Origin: Octopus vulgaris
Lineage: Eukaryota
Assembly (NCBI GenBank): GCA_951406725.2
Contig: OX597817.1
Span: 94,922,001 to 94,986,000 of the forward strand
Length of the DNA: 64,000 bases
Reading direction: 5' to 3'
This document shows, piece by piece, positions 1-13,432 of this stretch. The stretch's first letter is position 1; each line of letters starts with the position of its first letter. The notes beneath the pieces were generated by a model, which was not told where the DNA came from, did no database searches, and was given only the letters and a program-made list of their open reading frames with translations. A program made the position numbers and the translations under genes.

Positions 1-19
1 GTGTGCGTGTGTATATGTT

Positions 20-240
20 TGTGTGTCTGCGTTTGTCCTACTCACCCCCTAACATCACTTGACAACCGATGCCGGTGTGTTTACGTCCTGTAACTTAACG
101 GTTCGGCCTAAGAGACCGATAGAATAAGTACTAGACTTATGAAAATTAAGTCCAGGGCTCAATTTGCTCGACTAAAGGCGGTGCTTCAGCATGGCTGCAG
201 TCAAATGACTGAAACAAGTAAAAGAATAAAAGAATAAAAA
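20..240 (+). mobile_element. 3' half of SINE family A (similar copies at about 745-915, 12490-12690 minus strand and 34020-34235)
   Basis: Recurrent block cttgacaaccgatg..gtttacgt..cggttcggc..gaccgatagaataagtactag..cgactaaaggcggtgct..gtcaaatgactgaaacaagtaaaagaata, following a (GT)n tract. Confidence 0.8.
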
Positions 241-658
241 ACAAGAATGAAAATATATGAAAAAATTCTAAAATATCAAGACAATTGCCGAAAAATATCT
301 ACAATAAAATTCTGATTGATAACTATAAATTTTTATTAACGCAAAACAGGCGGGTGAAGTAAATCTCGTGGTGTGAAGAATCAACACAACACAACGTGCA
401 GGTGAAGTGAAACACAACAAAACTTGCAGTTGTCATGGTAACAAGCTGTTCATGCCTCGCTATCTGTTAATTCGCTAAAATTACCTGAATTTTCCCAACT
501 TTAATTCCAAATAACATCAGATTCTTTAATTTACGAAATAAAGTAATTGGTTGATCGTAATCAAAATTCAGAGCTGCATCGATACACCAAAGTTGAAAGC
601 AATCTGAACAAAATTAAAGAGGGATGATTTTGTGAATCAGTTTAACGAGGTCCTCTGT

Positions 659-745
<87 letters not shown>

Positions 746-927
746 GTGTTTGTCTCATGTTGATGTGTTTACGTTCCCGTAACTTAACGGTTCGGCAAAA
801 GATACCAATAAAATAGGTACTAAGCTTACAAAGAATAAGTTCTGGGGTCGATTTGTTCGACTAAAGGCGGTGCTCCAGCATGGCAGCAGTCAAATGACTG
901 AAACAAGTAAAATAATATATACATATA

Positions 928-958
<31 letters not shown>

Positions 959-978
959 AAATACATATTTACACTTAC

Positions 979-1162
979 CAAAGTCAGTTATAGTCACTAG
1001 GAAACAGGAATTTCCAGCTCTTGTCTCACACAAAACTTCACGTTTTAGCCAGGGACTTGTGGACGGTTGTGTTATAAGATCATCCAGGTCATCTTTAAGG
1101 TCAGTGAAGGTATACGGATAACAGTGAGCCAGGTAATATTGGCTGTCGGCGTATGGGAATTC
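979..1162 (-). CDS. AGBL2: Cytosolic carboxypeptidase 2/3-like, internal exon (EFPYADSQYYLAHCYPYTFTDL...LCETRAGNSCFLVTITDF)
   Basis: Acceptor ctag|GAA, donor TTTG|gtaagt; 184 nt, phase 0 to 1; contains the CCP motif AHxYPYT(F/Y) and LCxTxAGN. AGBL2 versus AGBL3 cannot be resolved from sequence. Confidence 0.92.
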
Positions 1163-1178
1163 CTAGATGTATAAATTA

Positions 1179-1179
<1 letters not shown>

Positions 1180-1248
<69 letters not shown>

Positions 1249-1300
1249 GGTGGTGGTGGTGGTGGTGGTGGTGGTGGTGGTGGTGGTGGTGGTGGTGGTG

Positions 1301-1365
<65 letters not shown>

Positions 1366-1387
1366 GGTGGTGGTGGTGGTGGTAGTG

Positions 1388-1453
<66 letters not shown>
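1180..1453. repeat. Compound (AGT)n/(GGT)n trinucleotide microsatellite
   Basis: Directly visible; produces the poly-S/G, poly-V and poly-Y/H pseudo-ORFs; begins about 17 nt from the acceptor of exon 979-1162. Confidence 0.97.
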
Positions 1454-1699
1454 CAAAGGTGATAGATAAGGAAATATTACAGGAACAAGTTAGAGCAAAA
1501 GGTTACATAGCAATCGAATGAAACGAAAAATGTGGCAGTATACACATGTATAAGAAGATCCCTGGAGAAGTGCTTCTACCTATGGTCTAGAATGGAAACT
1601 CACAGATTTAGGAGTACCAACAACCTACTAAGAGCAGGTTGTTGGTACTCCTAAATCTGTGAGTTTCCATTCTAGACCATAGGTAGAAGCACTTCTCCA

Positions 1700-1930
1700 G
1701 TGTCATTCTCCGGCCTGTAATGCATTTGCACAGATCATACTCAACTACTCTCCCCCACGTCTCACAAAATTCGCTGGAGGGGACTGCCTTCCTCTTCACC
1801 TTCACCTTCCTTTCCCCAAGTTGAACTTGAAGAAATTAGTGGGTGTTTGCCCGAAGAGGCAAAGTGGTTGTCTTCAATCCCATTTTTACTCTGCGTTAAG
1901 GCGATCTTCAAGATGGACTTGATCAACATA
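1700..1930 (-). mobile_element. Tx1/L1-like LINE ORF2 C-terminal fragment
   Basis: Minus-strand peptides KNGIEDNHF..FFKFNL..KVKRKAVPSSEFCETWGRVV parallel the end of the LINE at 17786-18094 (KGIKTDNF..FFTFHLKKKVWLEKRCLSESVFKKRW). Confidence 0.5.
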
Positions 1931-2299
1931 CAGTAATGTAATGTTCGAGCATCGAAAGTATGCATGCAGAAAGGTTTTGTCATTCCTGAAAGAGCCTGTT
2001 TATGGCATTTCTTTGTAATCCATCTGATCCCAGGATCTGATGGAGAGGAATTTTGGAAACATTACAGATAAACGGCGATCATATTTGCTCATTACTCAGG
2101 GATCTCTGCAGACAACACCCTCGACACATATCTACACATCATAAGCCACAGCATGACATCACACGCAAAGGATCTTGACTGTAGATGGACCGCCTGAATT
2201 GTAAAATGTACCATTTCACCAGACGTGAAACGCAGACGCTCCAATCCGGTCAAACAAAATTTAGGACAAGTTATGCCAGTCCAATCGCTCTGTACTGAA

Positions 2300-3658
2300 A
2301 TATAACATGTAGTAAACATTATAAAAAAGAAAGCCATAAAGCATAAAGACTCGGTACTGGAATTGGGTAACGTGGAAAACATTAAAACAGATCTGCAAGT
2401 TGAAGAAGTTTTTCCCTAACCTGGCTCGTTCCCCTGCTCCCCCACGCTGTCGCACCTGCCCCTGCTTCTCCAACACCACCATCCTTACAGGCACCCAATC
2501 GATGTCCCTATCACATCACCGACTCATTTACCTGCACTTCTAGTAACATCATTTACTGCATTTCCTGCTCTCTCTGCTTTTCCCTGTACATCGGTCAAAC
2601 GAGACGCCGCTTGGCTGACCGGTTCGCGGAGCACCTCCGAGACATCAGAGTCGGCAATGACACCCTGGTCTCGCGCCATTTCCGTTCTACCAGTCATTCG
2701 CTACAACATCTGTCTGTGTTCGGACTGTCTTTGCACAGGGACCATCCAGACTCTTGCCTTCGCCGTGAACAGGAATTTATCTTCCCTCTTTGCTCCTTTG
2801 CGTCACATGGTTTCAACTCACCTCCTCTCTTCATCTGACACCAACCTCACCTTCTCTCTTCATTTGATACCAGCACCCCACCACTCCACACACGCTAGCA
2901 CTGACCACTTCCCAGCACCCACACCACACACCATCATCCACACACCCACACACAATCTTCAATAGCATCACCTCACATACCATTATATAAACAGCCACAC
3001 ACACTGTTTAACTCAGTACACACACCACACACCACCATGCACACTCCCACACCCACACAAACACAAAAACACAGACAATATATATATACACACGCAACAC
3101 GCATTAACACACGCAACATACATAGACAAAGATAACTTTCGACCACATATGGTGTATACCATACACATCCACACTGTTTGGTCACACACACATGCACATG
3201 TGCACACACCACATGAAAAAGCACACATCAACTGCTACACACAACACACACACACGTACACGTTACACACGCACACGCACACACACACACGTCAGAGCTA
3301 CTCGCCCCTAATTACCTTTTCACACGCACACTTACTCACATACACCATTCTGACATACACACACAGGCACGCGCACCTTCTCTTGGGATCACTAGCACTT
3401 TATTATCTTCCTTTCATTCAAATTCTTTTATTTTTATTATCTCTCTTTCTTTCAACCTCCTTTTTTTCCCAATCAACTGCCATGCTGGACCGGTGAAATC
3501 TACAAGCTTTTTTTTTCTTCATTTTCTCTCTATTTATTTTCTCTTATTCCTTTCTGTTGAAGTGCATGGGCTCGAAACGTAAAAGACTTTTTCATTTTCC
3601 CAAACGTCAAAGTTGTTCATACAACTGGCTTCGTCTTTTGTTTTCCTATAAACTTCAA

Positions 3659-3662
<4 letters not shown>
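2300..3662 (+). mobile_element. Penelope-like element 3' portion (GIY-YIG endonuclease remnant, 3' UTR, hammerhead-like motif)
   Basis: FTCTSSNIIYCISCSLCFSLYIGQTRRRLADRFAEHLRDIR (GIY-YIG); tail contains CTGTTGA..GAAACGTA at 3554-3581 and ends at a (TA)n tract. Confidence 0.8.
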
Positions 3663-3743
<81 letters not shown>

Positions 3744-3745
<2 letters not shown>

Positions 3746-6700
3746 GGAGTAAATACATAAATGTGAAACAAGGTGGAAAAAAGAGTACTCAAATACCAGT
3801 AGTAGAGTAATATGCTTTATTTAAAGCAGCAGAAAATTCAACAAAACCTGTTACTCTGAGTTTCCCGTTTCCGTTCGTCGGACAGTTTTTGCTAGAATAA
3901 AACCGATATATGAATTCTATTCAGACTATTGCAAACGCTACACCTTTAAAAAAAATGGACTTGTTTGATTGGCCCTTTAGAAATAACGGCCATACAACTT
4001 TACCCGCTGGATTTTTCTCAGAAAAATATACCTATCCCTGCACGAAAGCAATATCCCAAAGGTCTTATAGAGAAAACGGAAGAGTTTGTTCGAAGATTGA
4101 GATGGAAAGCCTTCTTCCTTGATACTAAACAGAAAACCAAAGGAAACACATATGGACTTAAATCTCCCAGAAATCCACCACCTATTCCGGAATTAGAAGC
4201 CTTCGAGAAAGACCTTTTCGAACTAATTAGGAAAATGAAATTCCGCAAATATAGCAACCAATTACAAAGAAATATGAAAGAAAAAATTAAGGAGATTAAC
4301 AACTCGAATAAGATCTTCGTTAATTCTGATAAGACAAGGAACTTATATGCACTTGATAAGGAAGTTTATAAACGCCTGATTTCGAATAGTGTCACAGACA
4401 CATACAAAAAAGATAACACAAATATATACAAAGAGGTGAATTTGGAAGCAAGAGTAATAGCTAACAAGCTTAAGGTTAGTGATAGTGTTGAATATCTTTC
4501 CCCACGACCAGCTTTTATTACACTAAAAGACCATAAAGCCAATTTTAATAGAAACCCTAAATGTAGATTGATAAACCCAGCTAAAACTGAGATAGGCATT
4601 ATTAGCAAAAATATTTTGGACCGTATTTTAACTAAGTTAGATAGTGAAGTAGAGTTGAGAATTTGGAAGAATAGTAAGTCAGTCATAGAGTGGTTTAAAG
4701 GTATTAGCTATAAGAATAATTGCAGTTTTACACAATTCGATATTATTGATTTTTACCCGTCAATATCTAGAACGTTACTCCTAAGGGCATTAGACTTCGC
4801 CAAGCAGTATGTCGACATCGATAGCTCGGAAATTGATATTATTATGCATGCGAGGAAATCACTTCTTTTTTTCGAGGATTCCACCTGGATCAAGAAGAGT
4901 GAGGATTCTCTTTTCGATGTACCGATGGGGGCATACGACGGGGCTGAGTTATGTATGCTCGTAGGAGCCTGTATTCTTCATAATCTAAAAATAGAATTCC
5001 CATTTATAGATGCAGGTTTATATAGGGATGACGGCCTTATAGCCACCCATAATTTAAACGGCCATGAATCGGATAGACTTAGGAAGGACCTTATTGCTTT
5101 CTTCCAAAGGATGGGCTTACGGGTTACAATAGATACTAACCTGAATAGTGTAGATTTTTTAGACGTAAATTTTAATGTAAGGTCGGATAGATTTAAACCT
5201 TCCGTAAGCCCAATGAAAAGCTATCGTATATTAGCAAAGATTCGAACCATCCACCAGTTATCCTTAGGAACTTAGTCAGCAATGTAGGTAGAAGAATATC
5301 TTCAATTTCTTCGGACGAAGCAGCATTCCATAATGCTGCGCCTTATTACGACAGCGCATTAAGAAATAGTGGATTCTCGGAGAAGATCCAGTACAACCAG
5401 CCTAATGCTGATAATAACACCGCATAAATATACCATATGGATAGAGTATATATTTTGTATTTTTGATTTTGAAATTTTGATTTTGATTCTTGGACTAATA
5501 TGTAAACGCAACGATGGATTTGTTTCGCGCTATGCAGATTCCATTCCGTATAGCAAAGTCTCATGCATATATTTTGTTTATATTTCTACATATTTATTAG
5601 GAAAAACCTTCGACTTAGTGTTATTATATTGTATAGGCTTACTTTGATTTTAATTTATAGATGATCCGATAGGGGGATACATTTTACATATCCCTCATAT
5701 AATTTTCATTATTACACTCAACTTTTTTTAAAAGCAATGTTGTCAAAAATTAGAATTGTGATGTGGGTGAGTGTATGGCCACGAGTGTGTGTTCGTCAGA
5801 GTGCATCCCTGTGTATGTGTGAGTGAGCGTATGTTTGTGCTTGAACACACACATACACGAGTGTATGTGTATGTATACACTTGGACTTGTGTGTTTGTGC
5901 ACTGGCATCTCTATATATGTGTCAATGTACGAGGCTGCACGGCTTGTATACATAGTCTTTCTTTTTTTCCTATTCCGTTTTTCTCCCCAACCCTCCTTTG
6001 TTCCTTTTTCTTTTTCTTTATTCTTTTTTCCTTTCTTTTTTTCTTTCCCCTTTTCCTTTCTCTCTCTCCTACTTTCTTTCGTTTTTTCTCTAACTATACG
6101 ATACATGTATAAAGCCAGCAGGCAGCTTCACGCTCCCCTCGCTCATTCATACCCTAAGCTTCGTAAATACGGAAGATACTTAATCTACTATGATTTTAGT
6201 TTGCGGCGAGCTAGATTGCGTATACATATGTATACCTGCACCTGCGTGATGGATGGGGTTCGCACGCATATATTCTGTGTATGTTGATATATATGTATAC
6301 TTTAATATGAATATGTATTGCTGTGTTATATTCTTAATACATATTTTTAATGCATTTCAATTCCCATGTATTAATTATATTTCCTTCATTAAGGTCAATA
6401 TGTATTTTATTCAATATAAGGTTTTTCCTCGAATTTTATAATTTTTTATATACCTTTTCTATATTTTATATATTTTTATATATTTTTATATATATTTTTA
6501 TATATTTTTATATTTTTATATTTTATATTTTTTTATATTTCATATACATATATATATTTTTGAACTCATCTATGTTTATCACTCGAAAATTGGCCGTTAT
6601 TTCTAAAGGGCCAATCAAACAAGTCCATTTTTTTTAAAGGTGTAGCGTTTGCAATAGTCTGAATAGAATTCACATATCGGTTCCATTCTAGCAAAAACTG

Positions 6701-6767
6701 TCCGACGAACGGAAACGGGAAACTCAGAGTAACAGGTTTTGTTGAATTTTCTGCTGCTTTAAATAAA

Positions 6768-6768
<1 letters not shown>
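3744..6768 (+). mobile_element. Naiad-type Penelope-like retroelement with 178-bp inverted repeats, inserted in (TA)n; endonuclease region missing
   Basis: ORF 3965-5275 encodes an RT (FSQKNIPIP..RRLRWKA, FDIIDFYPSI, MGAYDGAELC, LYRDDGL); it frameshifts near 5200 and continues SNHPP..RRISSIS. Inverted arms at 3815-3992 and 6591-6768; (TA)n on both flanks. Confidence 0.9.
6693..6741 (+). ncRNA. Minimal type I hammerhead ribozyme motif of the PLE repeat (inverted copy at about 3843-3890 on the minus strand)
   Basis: aaaaactgt-CCGACGA-acg GAAA cgg-GAAA-ctcagag-TA-acaggtttt: stem I, variant core, GNRA-capped stem II and a very short stem III, as known for PLE hammerheads. Confidence 0.65.
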
Positions 6769-6846
<78 letters not shown>

Positions 6847-6894
6847 TTACAGAGCTTGGAAATAAGATTTAGACTGTTCTTAAGACAGCATTAC

Positions 6895-6973
6895 CATTTG
6901 CCATTCCAGCATATAGTATGGTATTCCTCTAGTTAGTAGTGGACACTGTAAGTTGGTTATGTTCCGGCTATAC
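6895..6973 (-). CDS. AGBL2: CCP2/3-like internal exon (YSRNITNLQCPLLTRGIPYYMLEWQM)
   Basis: Acceptor cttttactgtag|G, donor ATG|gtaatg; 79 nt, phase 2 to 0; joins the 8236-8314 and 979-1162 exons in frame, giving YYMLEWQM-EFPY as expected in the CCP prodomain. Confidence 0.88.
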
Positions 6974-7294
6974 CTACAGTAAAAGAGAAGGAAACTTCAG
7001 CAGAGATTATAATCAAGCAAGCTATTTATTTAAATATCTATCTATATATTTATATGCGTGTGTGTTTGTGTTTGTGTATATATGCTTATCTACCTGTCTA
7101 TCTGTTTGGCTGTTGCTCTCGAGTATTCTGATGTGTCACCGATACGTGATCAATTTGTCAGATGAGTATAGAAGTGATGTGATGTGTGTGTCTGTGTGCG
7201 TAAGTCATTACAGCTTTCATGGTCATGGAGAGATATATGTATGTGTATGTAGACAGACAGACAAGCAGTCAGGCAGTCAGGCAGACAGACCGAC

Positions 7295-7554
<260 letters not shown>

Positions 7555-8235
7555 GCTATTACACTATTCATAGTCATGACGGATTCTACCGTTATTTATC
7601 ATACTTTGCCAAACTGGAACAACTCAACCTTATTGTGAATGAACATCGGACGTTATTAGTATTAAGATATTTATTAGAGTTTATGCCTGATCATTGGAAA
7701 CCAACATTTGTATTAAATTTCACACAGATCTGATGGTTCTAGTCATCCGGAAGCTACTATGATGTGATTCGATCTTCAAAAAGTAGCAGCAAAAATACCC
7801 TTGAAATATGAACCTCACTGTCTTGAGATGAAAGGACACATTAGATAGTTTAGGGCTTGATACCAGTAAAGGGACGCAGTTATCACGGCTGGAGTAGCTT
7901 TGATCAGGAAGTTTGCTCGATCAGCATTTTCCTGGGTTAATCAACAATTATAGCAACAAAGCCAAGTAATTAACATTTCATTATCAAATATATTCATCAA
8001 CTGGCGAGCGAGGCCTTTAACTTTTACTTTCTACACTTCATAACACTCAACAGAATTGAAATAACCACGAGACTATTTTTCATAGCGGTTGAAACTGTTC
8101 GTTAAATATATGACCATAACCATAGTTTTTTACTCTCTTTCATGCTGTGTTAGTGATCCAGTTTACGAAGTGAAATAATATTTTTAAAACAGTTAATCAA
8201 ATAACAGTAATTTGATGGAGAGTAAGGATATTTAC

Positions 8236-8314
8236 AAAATGTGGTGTCCTGTTCTCTTCCAGCCTACAGCATTCCTCTTGAATTCCTCTTCAGAATAGAT
8301 CAAAGGCCGCATTC
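8236..8314 (-). CDS. AGBL2: CCP2/3-like internal exon (GMRPLIYSEEEFKRNAVGWKRTGHHI)
   Basis: Acceptor ttcaaag|GA, donor TT|gtaaat; 79 nt, phase 1 to 2; matches the CCP motif GM(K/R)PLxYS...GWxRxG. Confidence 0.92.
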
Positions 8315-9097
8315 CTTTGAAATAAAATGTAATACAATATTTGGTAGGCTTTTAATGTAAATGATATTAGACATTAACAAGACGACTTTAAGAGAGGTTC
8401 AGTAGTGTGACTTCAAATAGATATCTATTGCTTACTGTGTGACAATGTTAACGATGACACTAGAAGAGTTACAATACCAGAGAAAAATAAAGTAGTTGTA
8501 TGGGTGCTTAATTTGAGAAGCAAACATGATAGTCCTTTTGTAATGTAGATGGTATCGTTTGGTTAGCGATAGGTGACTCATTTCTAGCCAATGAAGCGCT
8601 TGACCTTTTCTGTTTATCTAATATTTAAAAGAAAGGGTTGTTTTAAAAACTGGAGTCAATATTTTAAAAACAAGAAAGACATACTGTAAAATCACTGAAG
8701 CAAAACTTCTGCGAGAAACATCGTGAAAAATTCTGAGAAAATACCTTGGACATCACATACCACTACACTACAACCACCATTACCACTACAGTATTTTAGA
8801 CCAAAATACAAGAAAAACACAAAGTACTAGAAATATATACAAGTGGATTAAAAATACTGCCCCATGATACACACACACATCTGATCGATCAGAAACGCTG
8901 CTCTAAATCGTTTCGATCAAAAATACTGTTCTATGATATCCCATCTGTTGAGTCATAGATGGTTACGATTGGGACCATTTCAGTAACTGATCTGCCATTT
9001 CATCAAGACTAAACAAACATAACTACATGTTACGATCAAATAAGATTTTTAAAAACAGACATATCCAAAATATTTACAAATAAAAAAGTATATTAAC

Positions 9098-9252
9098 CGT
9101 AGTTGTAAAGACTGTCCTTCTTCAGTAAATTTACAATCCGGAACTTGTAGTCTATTCCTGGCACCGTATTCTCAATACGAAAGAAATACCATTGTGTGTG
9201 ACGGTTAGTGTAAAGATCTGACTTCAAAACAAATTCATATTCGAACTGACCC
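9098..9252 (-). CDS. AGBL2: CCP2/3-like internal exon (GQFEYEFVLKSDLYTNRHTQWYFFRIEN...YKFRIVNLLKKDSLYNY)
   Basis: Acceptor ctgttaacag|G, donor TACG|gttaat; 155 nt, phase 2 to 1; DLYTxxHTQW(Y/F)xF and FxIVNLxKxxSLY are typical of CCP2/3. Overlaps ORF 9093..9296. Confidence 0.93.
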
Positions 9253-10434
9253 CTGTTAACAGAGAAAATGGGATAAAAGTCACTGATAAAATACATGAAA
9301 AATTAATGTGGACAAAAGACGAAAATGTGGAAAAAAAACATATACGTATTAATACATATAATACGCAATACACACACACACATACATACACACACATACA
9401 TACACACACACACACACGGACACACACGCGCACACACATGCACACACATACACACACACACATAGTTACACATACGCACACACTCACGCACACACGCACA
9501 AACACGCGCGCGCGTACACCACACACACATAGATAGATGGAGAGAGAGAGAGGGGGGAGACAGACAGACGGACGGACGGACGGACGGCTGGATGGATGGA
9601 TGGATGGATGGATGGATGGATGGGTGAAGCAAATCGCTTCCTGGATACTTAGCTAGGATTTTAAACCTAATCTAAATTTTTCTGTAAACTCATTTCTATT
9701 GTTCTCAGTATTTGTACAAAAAAACTTATGGGAGTCAACTGTTATATTTAGATATGCCTTATTGCTTCCTGAGAATCTTGAAGTTAAACAGATAATAAGC
9801 GGAAAAATCCTTTGTTTAACCTGACCTAATTTAAGTAGGAATATTATAAATACGGAACCCAAATTTAATTCTTCCCCTTTCCTCTGCGCCTTGCCCAAAG
9901 AGAATTTTGCTCTGCACACATCACATGTCATCGAGGGATTATATATCTTTCGTCAAACCAAACAGGTAAATTCTCCTACTATTTCTCTCTCCTTCCATCT
10001 GTCTAATATCTGTCTAATATCAGTCACATTGGTGAACACTGCTATTTAAGAAATGGACAACAGAACTTCAACTAATCTTTGTACAACTCGAAGTTACTTT
10101 TTATATTGTAACAGTAAAATAAAGGTCACTTCAACTATTTTCTTTTATCATTTTGTTCCGTGGACGTCTTCAAACAATAACCATTATACACTCGGTAATA
10201 CCTGAGAATCTAACTTTAATCTGTCTATATCCCAACCGAAACACGATAAGTCGATAATCAACTACATATAACCGTTACAAAAATACCGTCTTCTGTTGGA
10301 ATCACTTATTTTCATAACACTAATTTTACCGTAAACTGACACGTTAAATTAGCTCTTCTCAATCTTGAAAGTTCAATTCTAGTTCGACAATCAGAAAACT
10401 AACATCAATAACAACGTAAATATTGGGAATAAAA

Positions 10435-10730
10435 GTGGCACTCCGTCGGTTATGACAAGGGTTCTAGTTGATCCGATCAACGGAATTAACGTCTAAGAGG
10501 CTGCACACGCTACAGACAGGTATGCCCTTAACATAGGTCTCGGGGAGATTCAGCATGACACAGAATGTGACAAGGCTGGCCCTTTGGAATACAGGTACTA
10601 CTAGTTGAGTGGACTGAAGCAACGTGAAGTAAAATGTCTTGCTCAGGGAAATAACGTGCCACCAGGAATTGCACTCACGACCTTACGAACGTTAGACAAA
10701 TACCCTAACCACTAAGCCACGTGCCTTCAC
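10435..10730 (-). mobile_element. tRNA-derived SINE family B (diverged plus-strand copy at about 11575-11880)
   Basis: Minus strand starts gtgaaggcacgTGGCTTAGTGGttaggg...gagtgcaattcc (A- and B-box-like), then ccctgagcaagacatttt; body (gccttgtcac, gatcaact, taaccgacg) shared with the 11.6-11.9 kb copy. Confidence 0.7.
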
Positions 10731-10803
10731 AACGGAAACAAAACCAGATAATAAGAAATATCAATTGTAATGTTAATGAATAGATGGAGAAAACTTTACT
10801 TAC

Positions 10804-10996
10804 ACTCTTCGAGCTTGCCGTAAATTCCCACTTTCAAATCTCGACTCAAACACCAGTGAAGGACCATAATCTTCAGATGACATCAATGGACAGTTATAGG
10901 GTGAATTCCTCTCAGAATCATACACAATTATTGGTCGTGACCATTTTGTATGGCTTTTATAGGGAGCGATTTGTGTCTCAATGGTTTGCGTTGGTA
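10804..10996 (-). CDS. AGBL2: CCP2/3-like internal exon (PTQTIETQ...SLVFESRFESGNLRQARRV)
   Basis: Acceptor ttatgttcag|TA, donor GT|gtaagt; 193 nt, phase 1 to 2; contains the FESRFESGNL motif of the M14D/CCP prodomain. Confidence 0.93.
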
Positions 10997-12443
10997 CTGA
11001 ACATAAATTACAAAGAACGAAAGCGGACTATTATAAGGTGTTGCATATATTTCTTCAATGCTGAGATGGCAAAAATAAAGTATCAAGGTCCGAAAATAGC
11101 ACATTAACACCTCCCTTTCCCTTCCAAATGCCTAGTTATAACGAACAGTAATATTTTCGCGAAAATTATTATAAATTGAAGGTAGTTGGAAGGGTGGTGT
11201 GGTTATCTTAATAGCGTAATGGTGTGTTGTTGATAGTGGTTGACGTTGTTGTTTAATCTTACGTAATCCAGCAGATCTGTAATCAAAACTAATCCAAAAG
11301 ATCTGTGGTCAAAAATAATCCAGCTGTGATCATCCCAAATTTTTTCGTAGTGTATCTTTAACTGCGACTGTTATTATTTTTGTTGTTGTTGTTGCTACTG
11401 CTGCTGCTGCTAATGTCATTGCTTAGTCCCAGCATAGTCTTCATGCAGCAGACCTATGAACAAAAATATCGCAGCCGTGACAACACCGTCTTTTATTTCG
11501 AATACAATGTACCTAGGAGTATATCAGTGCCAGTTTCTGTTCTTTTATGAAAACAGTGAGTGGTATGATTACAGGAAGATTTGGTGGATAAGTGGTTGTT
11601 TTCGGCTCAAAATCGTAAAGTCGTGCGTTCGATGCCTGGCGGCGTGTTGTGTCCTTCAGCAACACACTTTATATCACGTAGCTCCAGTCCACTCAGCTGG
11701 CAAAAATTAGTAGTATCTGTATGCCAAAGGGCTAGCCTTGTCACAACTGAATATCAGGGAGAACAACAGTAAGGGTACGCGTGTCTGTGGAGTGCTTAGA
11801 GACTTGTATGTTGATTCTACAATCAGGCTGTTCCTTTGATTGGATCAACTGAAACATTTGTCGTAACCGACGAAGTGTCAGTATATACTATGTATTACAT
11901 GTACACTTCATCTGACAGACTTCCATACAGTTTCCTTTTACTTAATTTCCCTCATATCGTCTAGGTTAACTGGAGGTGATGGAAAATGACTTTCGGTGAA
12001 GCTGCTGCGCAGTCGGATCGAACCCGTGACTTTGTAAGTGAGAAGCGAATTACCAAGCTACTCCCTCTGTAGTTCAAAGTTCTGTTACACACTACGTCAT
12101 TCTAATTCTGCTTCAAGACTACGTTAAAGGTACATTTGTCTGTGGAATCTTTGATCACTCACAAATTAATTCAGTGAACATGTAATTAAGTTAAACGACC
12201 GAGTCAATATTCGTTGTAGAAGCCGAAAGAGATCACATTAATTTCTAATAATATAAAGTAAAATTACTTCAAATAAGACTATGACAGATTAATGTGTTAG
12301 AATTTCTATATATGTGTGCGATTGTATGTATGTGTGTATGTATGTATGTATGTATGTATGTATGTATGTATGTATGTATGTATGTATGTATGTATATATG
12401 CACTACGTACGCATGTATGTATGTATGTATGTATGTATGTATG

Positions 12444-12474
<31 letters not shown>

Positions 12475-13061
12475 GCATGTATGTATGTATTCTTTTATTT
12501 GTTTCACTCATTTGACTACAGCCATGCTGGGGCACCGCCTTTAGTCGAACAAATTGACCCCAGGACTTATTCTTTGTAAACCTAGTACTTATTCTATCGG
12601 TCTCTTAGGCCGAACCGCTAAGTTACGGAAACGTAACTTAGCTTGACATCGGTTCGGTTGTCAAGCGATGGTGGGGGTACAAACACACAAACACACACAT
12701 ACACACACATACACACACACCACAATTGAGGCCAATGAAAGAAATTTGGTAATTTAAGAATTAAGGAAGCTATACTCATACACAGACTAGGGCCCCAAAT
12801 TAACAACAGGCTGGAGGTTGGTAATCAATATATTATTTAGCTACATTTGGATGCGTGTAGGTTCATTTTTGATAAGATGCTTATAACAAAAAAAGAAGAA
12901 AAGATAAAAAGAAGGGAAAAACGAAGCTGCACGTATAATACATAACGTAGAAGCAGCGCCACGGATGTACCAGTACACACGAGATTGAAACATGGCTGAC
13001 CTCACGCACTTCTTATGAGGAATTCCGGAAGGAGCTTCGTGAGACCACTGCTGAGGCGCTT

Positions 13062-13094
<33 letters not shown>

Positions 13095-13274
13095 GAAAAG
13101 CCGTTGGAAAACCGATTATAGCAGCGACTCCATCTAAGAATATCTGAAGAAGGAATTTTATTCCGAAATATCATATCAGACTATGGATGACTAAATTACA
13201 ACATGTATATAGCCCATTGTCTGTATTATAGTGCATTATTGTACCATTCAAAACTTTTATTCTTTATATATATA

Positions 13275-13432
13275 TACGACGGGATTCTTTCAATTTCCGT
13301 CTACCAAATCGATTAACAAGGCTTTGGTCGGCCCGAGGCTATAGTAGAAGACACTTGCCCGAGGTGCCACGCAGTGGGACTGAACCCGGAACCATGTAAC
13401 TGGTAAGCAAGCTACTTACCACACAGCCACAT
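13275..13432 (-). mobile_element. SINE family A 5' half (tRNA-like head)
   Basis: Reverse complement of tggctgtgtggtaag..ggttcagtcccactgcg..gggcaagtgtcttctactatagcctcgggccgaccaaagcc..tggtagacggaaa; same as 33772-33940 and 59805-59912. Confidence 0.8.

Noticed and set aside
1153-1521. Poly-S/G, poly-V and poly-Y/H ORFs, and the many YI, HT, CV, MYVC and SIYL repeat ORFs across the window
   Set aside because: They are translations of microsatellites that lack stop codons; no evidence of coding.
9093-9097. Weak donors gttaat (9097) and gttaga (40140) as possible non-canonical splicing
   Set aside because: Both are GT donors within normal variation, and neither matches the U12 consensus.
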